NCBI RefSeq assembly: GCF_036321535.1
Contig: NC_087447.1
Coordinates: 39,434,001 to 39,498,000 of the forward strand
Source of the DNA: Camelus dromedarius
Lineage: Eukaryota
Length of the DNA stretch: 64,000 nt
Direction of reading: 5' to 3'
Of the stretch, positions 63,550 through 64,000 are shown in pieces (the first letter of the stretch is position 1; every line of letters begins with the position of its first letter). The notes below the pieces were generated by a model. It made no database searches. It saw nothing but the letters and a program-made list of their open reading frames with translations, and was not told where the DNA came from. Both the position numbers and the translations under genes were made by a program.

Positions 63550-64000
63550 CTACACAAGGGATTCGCACACGGGCACCGAGTCCGAGTCTTGGCTGTGCAT
63601 AGAGCTCAGCCCGGTATCCGAGTCCTCGTCGTTCCCAGGACAGCTCTTGGCCAGTCCGCGGGCCTGGTCCACCCAGATTTCCGCAGTGGCCTGAGGCCGG
63701 GGTTCCCGCGAGGGTCCGCCTGAGACCGGAGTCCCATCCGGCGCTACTGTCAGCTCCAGCGTGTGCAAAGTCTGGAGAAGGCCCTGTAGCTCGCGCTCCT
63801 TGCTGTCCCACTGTTGCTGGCTGTAATCCAAGTCCGACTTGACGGCCTCCAGGTCCGTGTTGAGTCGGAGCCCGATGTAGAGGCTGGTGCTGAGCTGCGT
63901 CCTGACCCGCTCCTGCTCCAGCAGCAGCTCACCGTCCAGGCCGCCATCCGGCTCGGGAGGCTCTTCCTGCGCCGCGAGCTCCTCCTGGCGCCTCCGCATC
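63310..64000. promoter_or_regulatory. CpG island over the RASSF10 gene body and proximal 3' UTR
   Basis: Abrupt rise in GC content and CpG density relative to the CpG-depleted remainder of the window. Confidence 0.9.
63550..64000 (-). CDS. RASSF10: Ras association domain-containing protein 10, C-terminal ~150 aa (5' part lies beyond the window edge)
   Basis: The ORF reads ...[77 protein letters not shown]...[27 protein letters not shown], which I recognise as the RASSF10 coiled-coil and C-terminus. TAG stop at 63550-63552, GC/CpG-rich, uninterrupted as expected for an intronless gene. The ATG at 63997-63999 is internal, not the start. Confidence 0.95.
   Translation of the reverse strand, partial: MRRRQEELAAQEEPPEPDGGLDGELLLEQERVRTQLSTSLYIGLRLNTDLEAVKSDLDYSQQQWDSKERELQGLLQTLHTLELTVAPDGTPVSGGPSREPRPQATAEIWVDQARGLAKSCPGNDEDSDTGLSSMHSQDSDSVPVCESLV

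Noticed and set aside
63249..63947. Overlapping ORFs (119, 73, 70 and 65 aa) around RASSF10
   Set aside because: Shadow ORFs expected in stop-poor GC-rich CpG-island DNA; no recognisable homology.

Overview
This is mammalian genomic DNA, very probably camelid (alpaca/llama/camel). The evidence is tRNA-Ala-derived vic-1-type SINEs, camelid-type L1 3' UTRs, and no Alu, Bov-A or PRE1 seen. The only supportable protein-coding gene is the 3' part of RASSF10 on the minus strand at the right edge (63550 to beyond 64000), inside a CpG island. The other ~62 kb is gene-free downstream sequence; by recalled human gene order this is the interval toward BMAL1/ARNTL. It is packed with L1, L2, MIR, MLT/LTR16/ERV solo LTRs, Tigger and hAT MITEs and microsatellites. 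Almost all other ORFs in the track are chance ORFs or L1/L2 remnants. I see no evidence of a new multi-gene biological system. The best second-look items are: a chimeric L1 that appears to mark an L1-L1 recombination deletion; an ORF1-only L1; an orphan GC-rich insert fused to a young L1; a perfect C-MARE palindrome and tandem CTCF motifs downstream of RASSF10; a TEAD/FOX-motif enhancer candidate beside a helically phased forkhead-motif array; and degron/PDZ motifs at the RASSF10 C-terminus. Repeat family names are assigned by eye from remembered consensus sequences, and boundaries are approximate unless a target-site duplication (TSD) is quoted.
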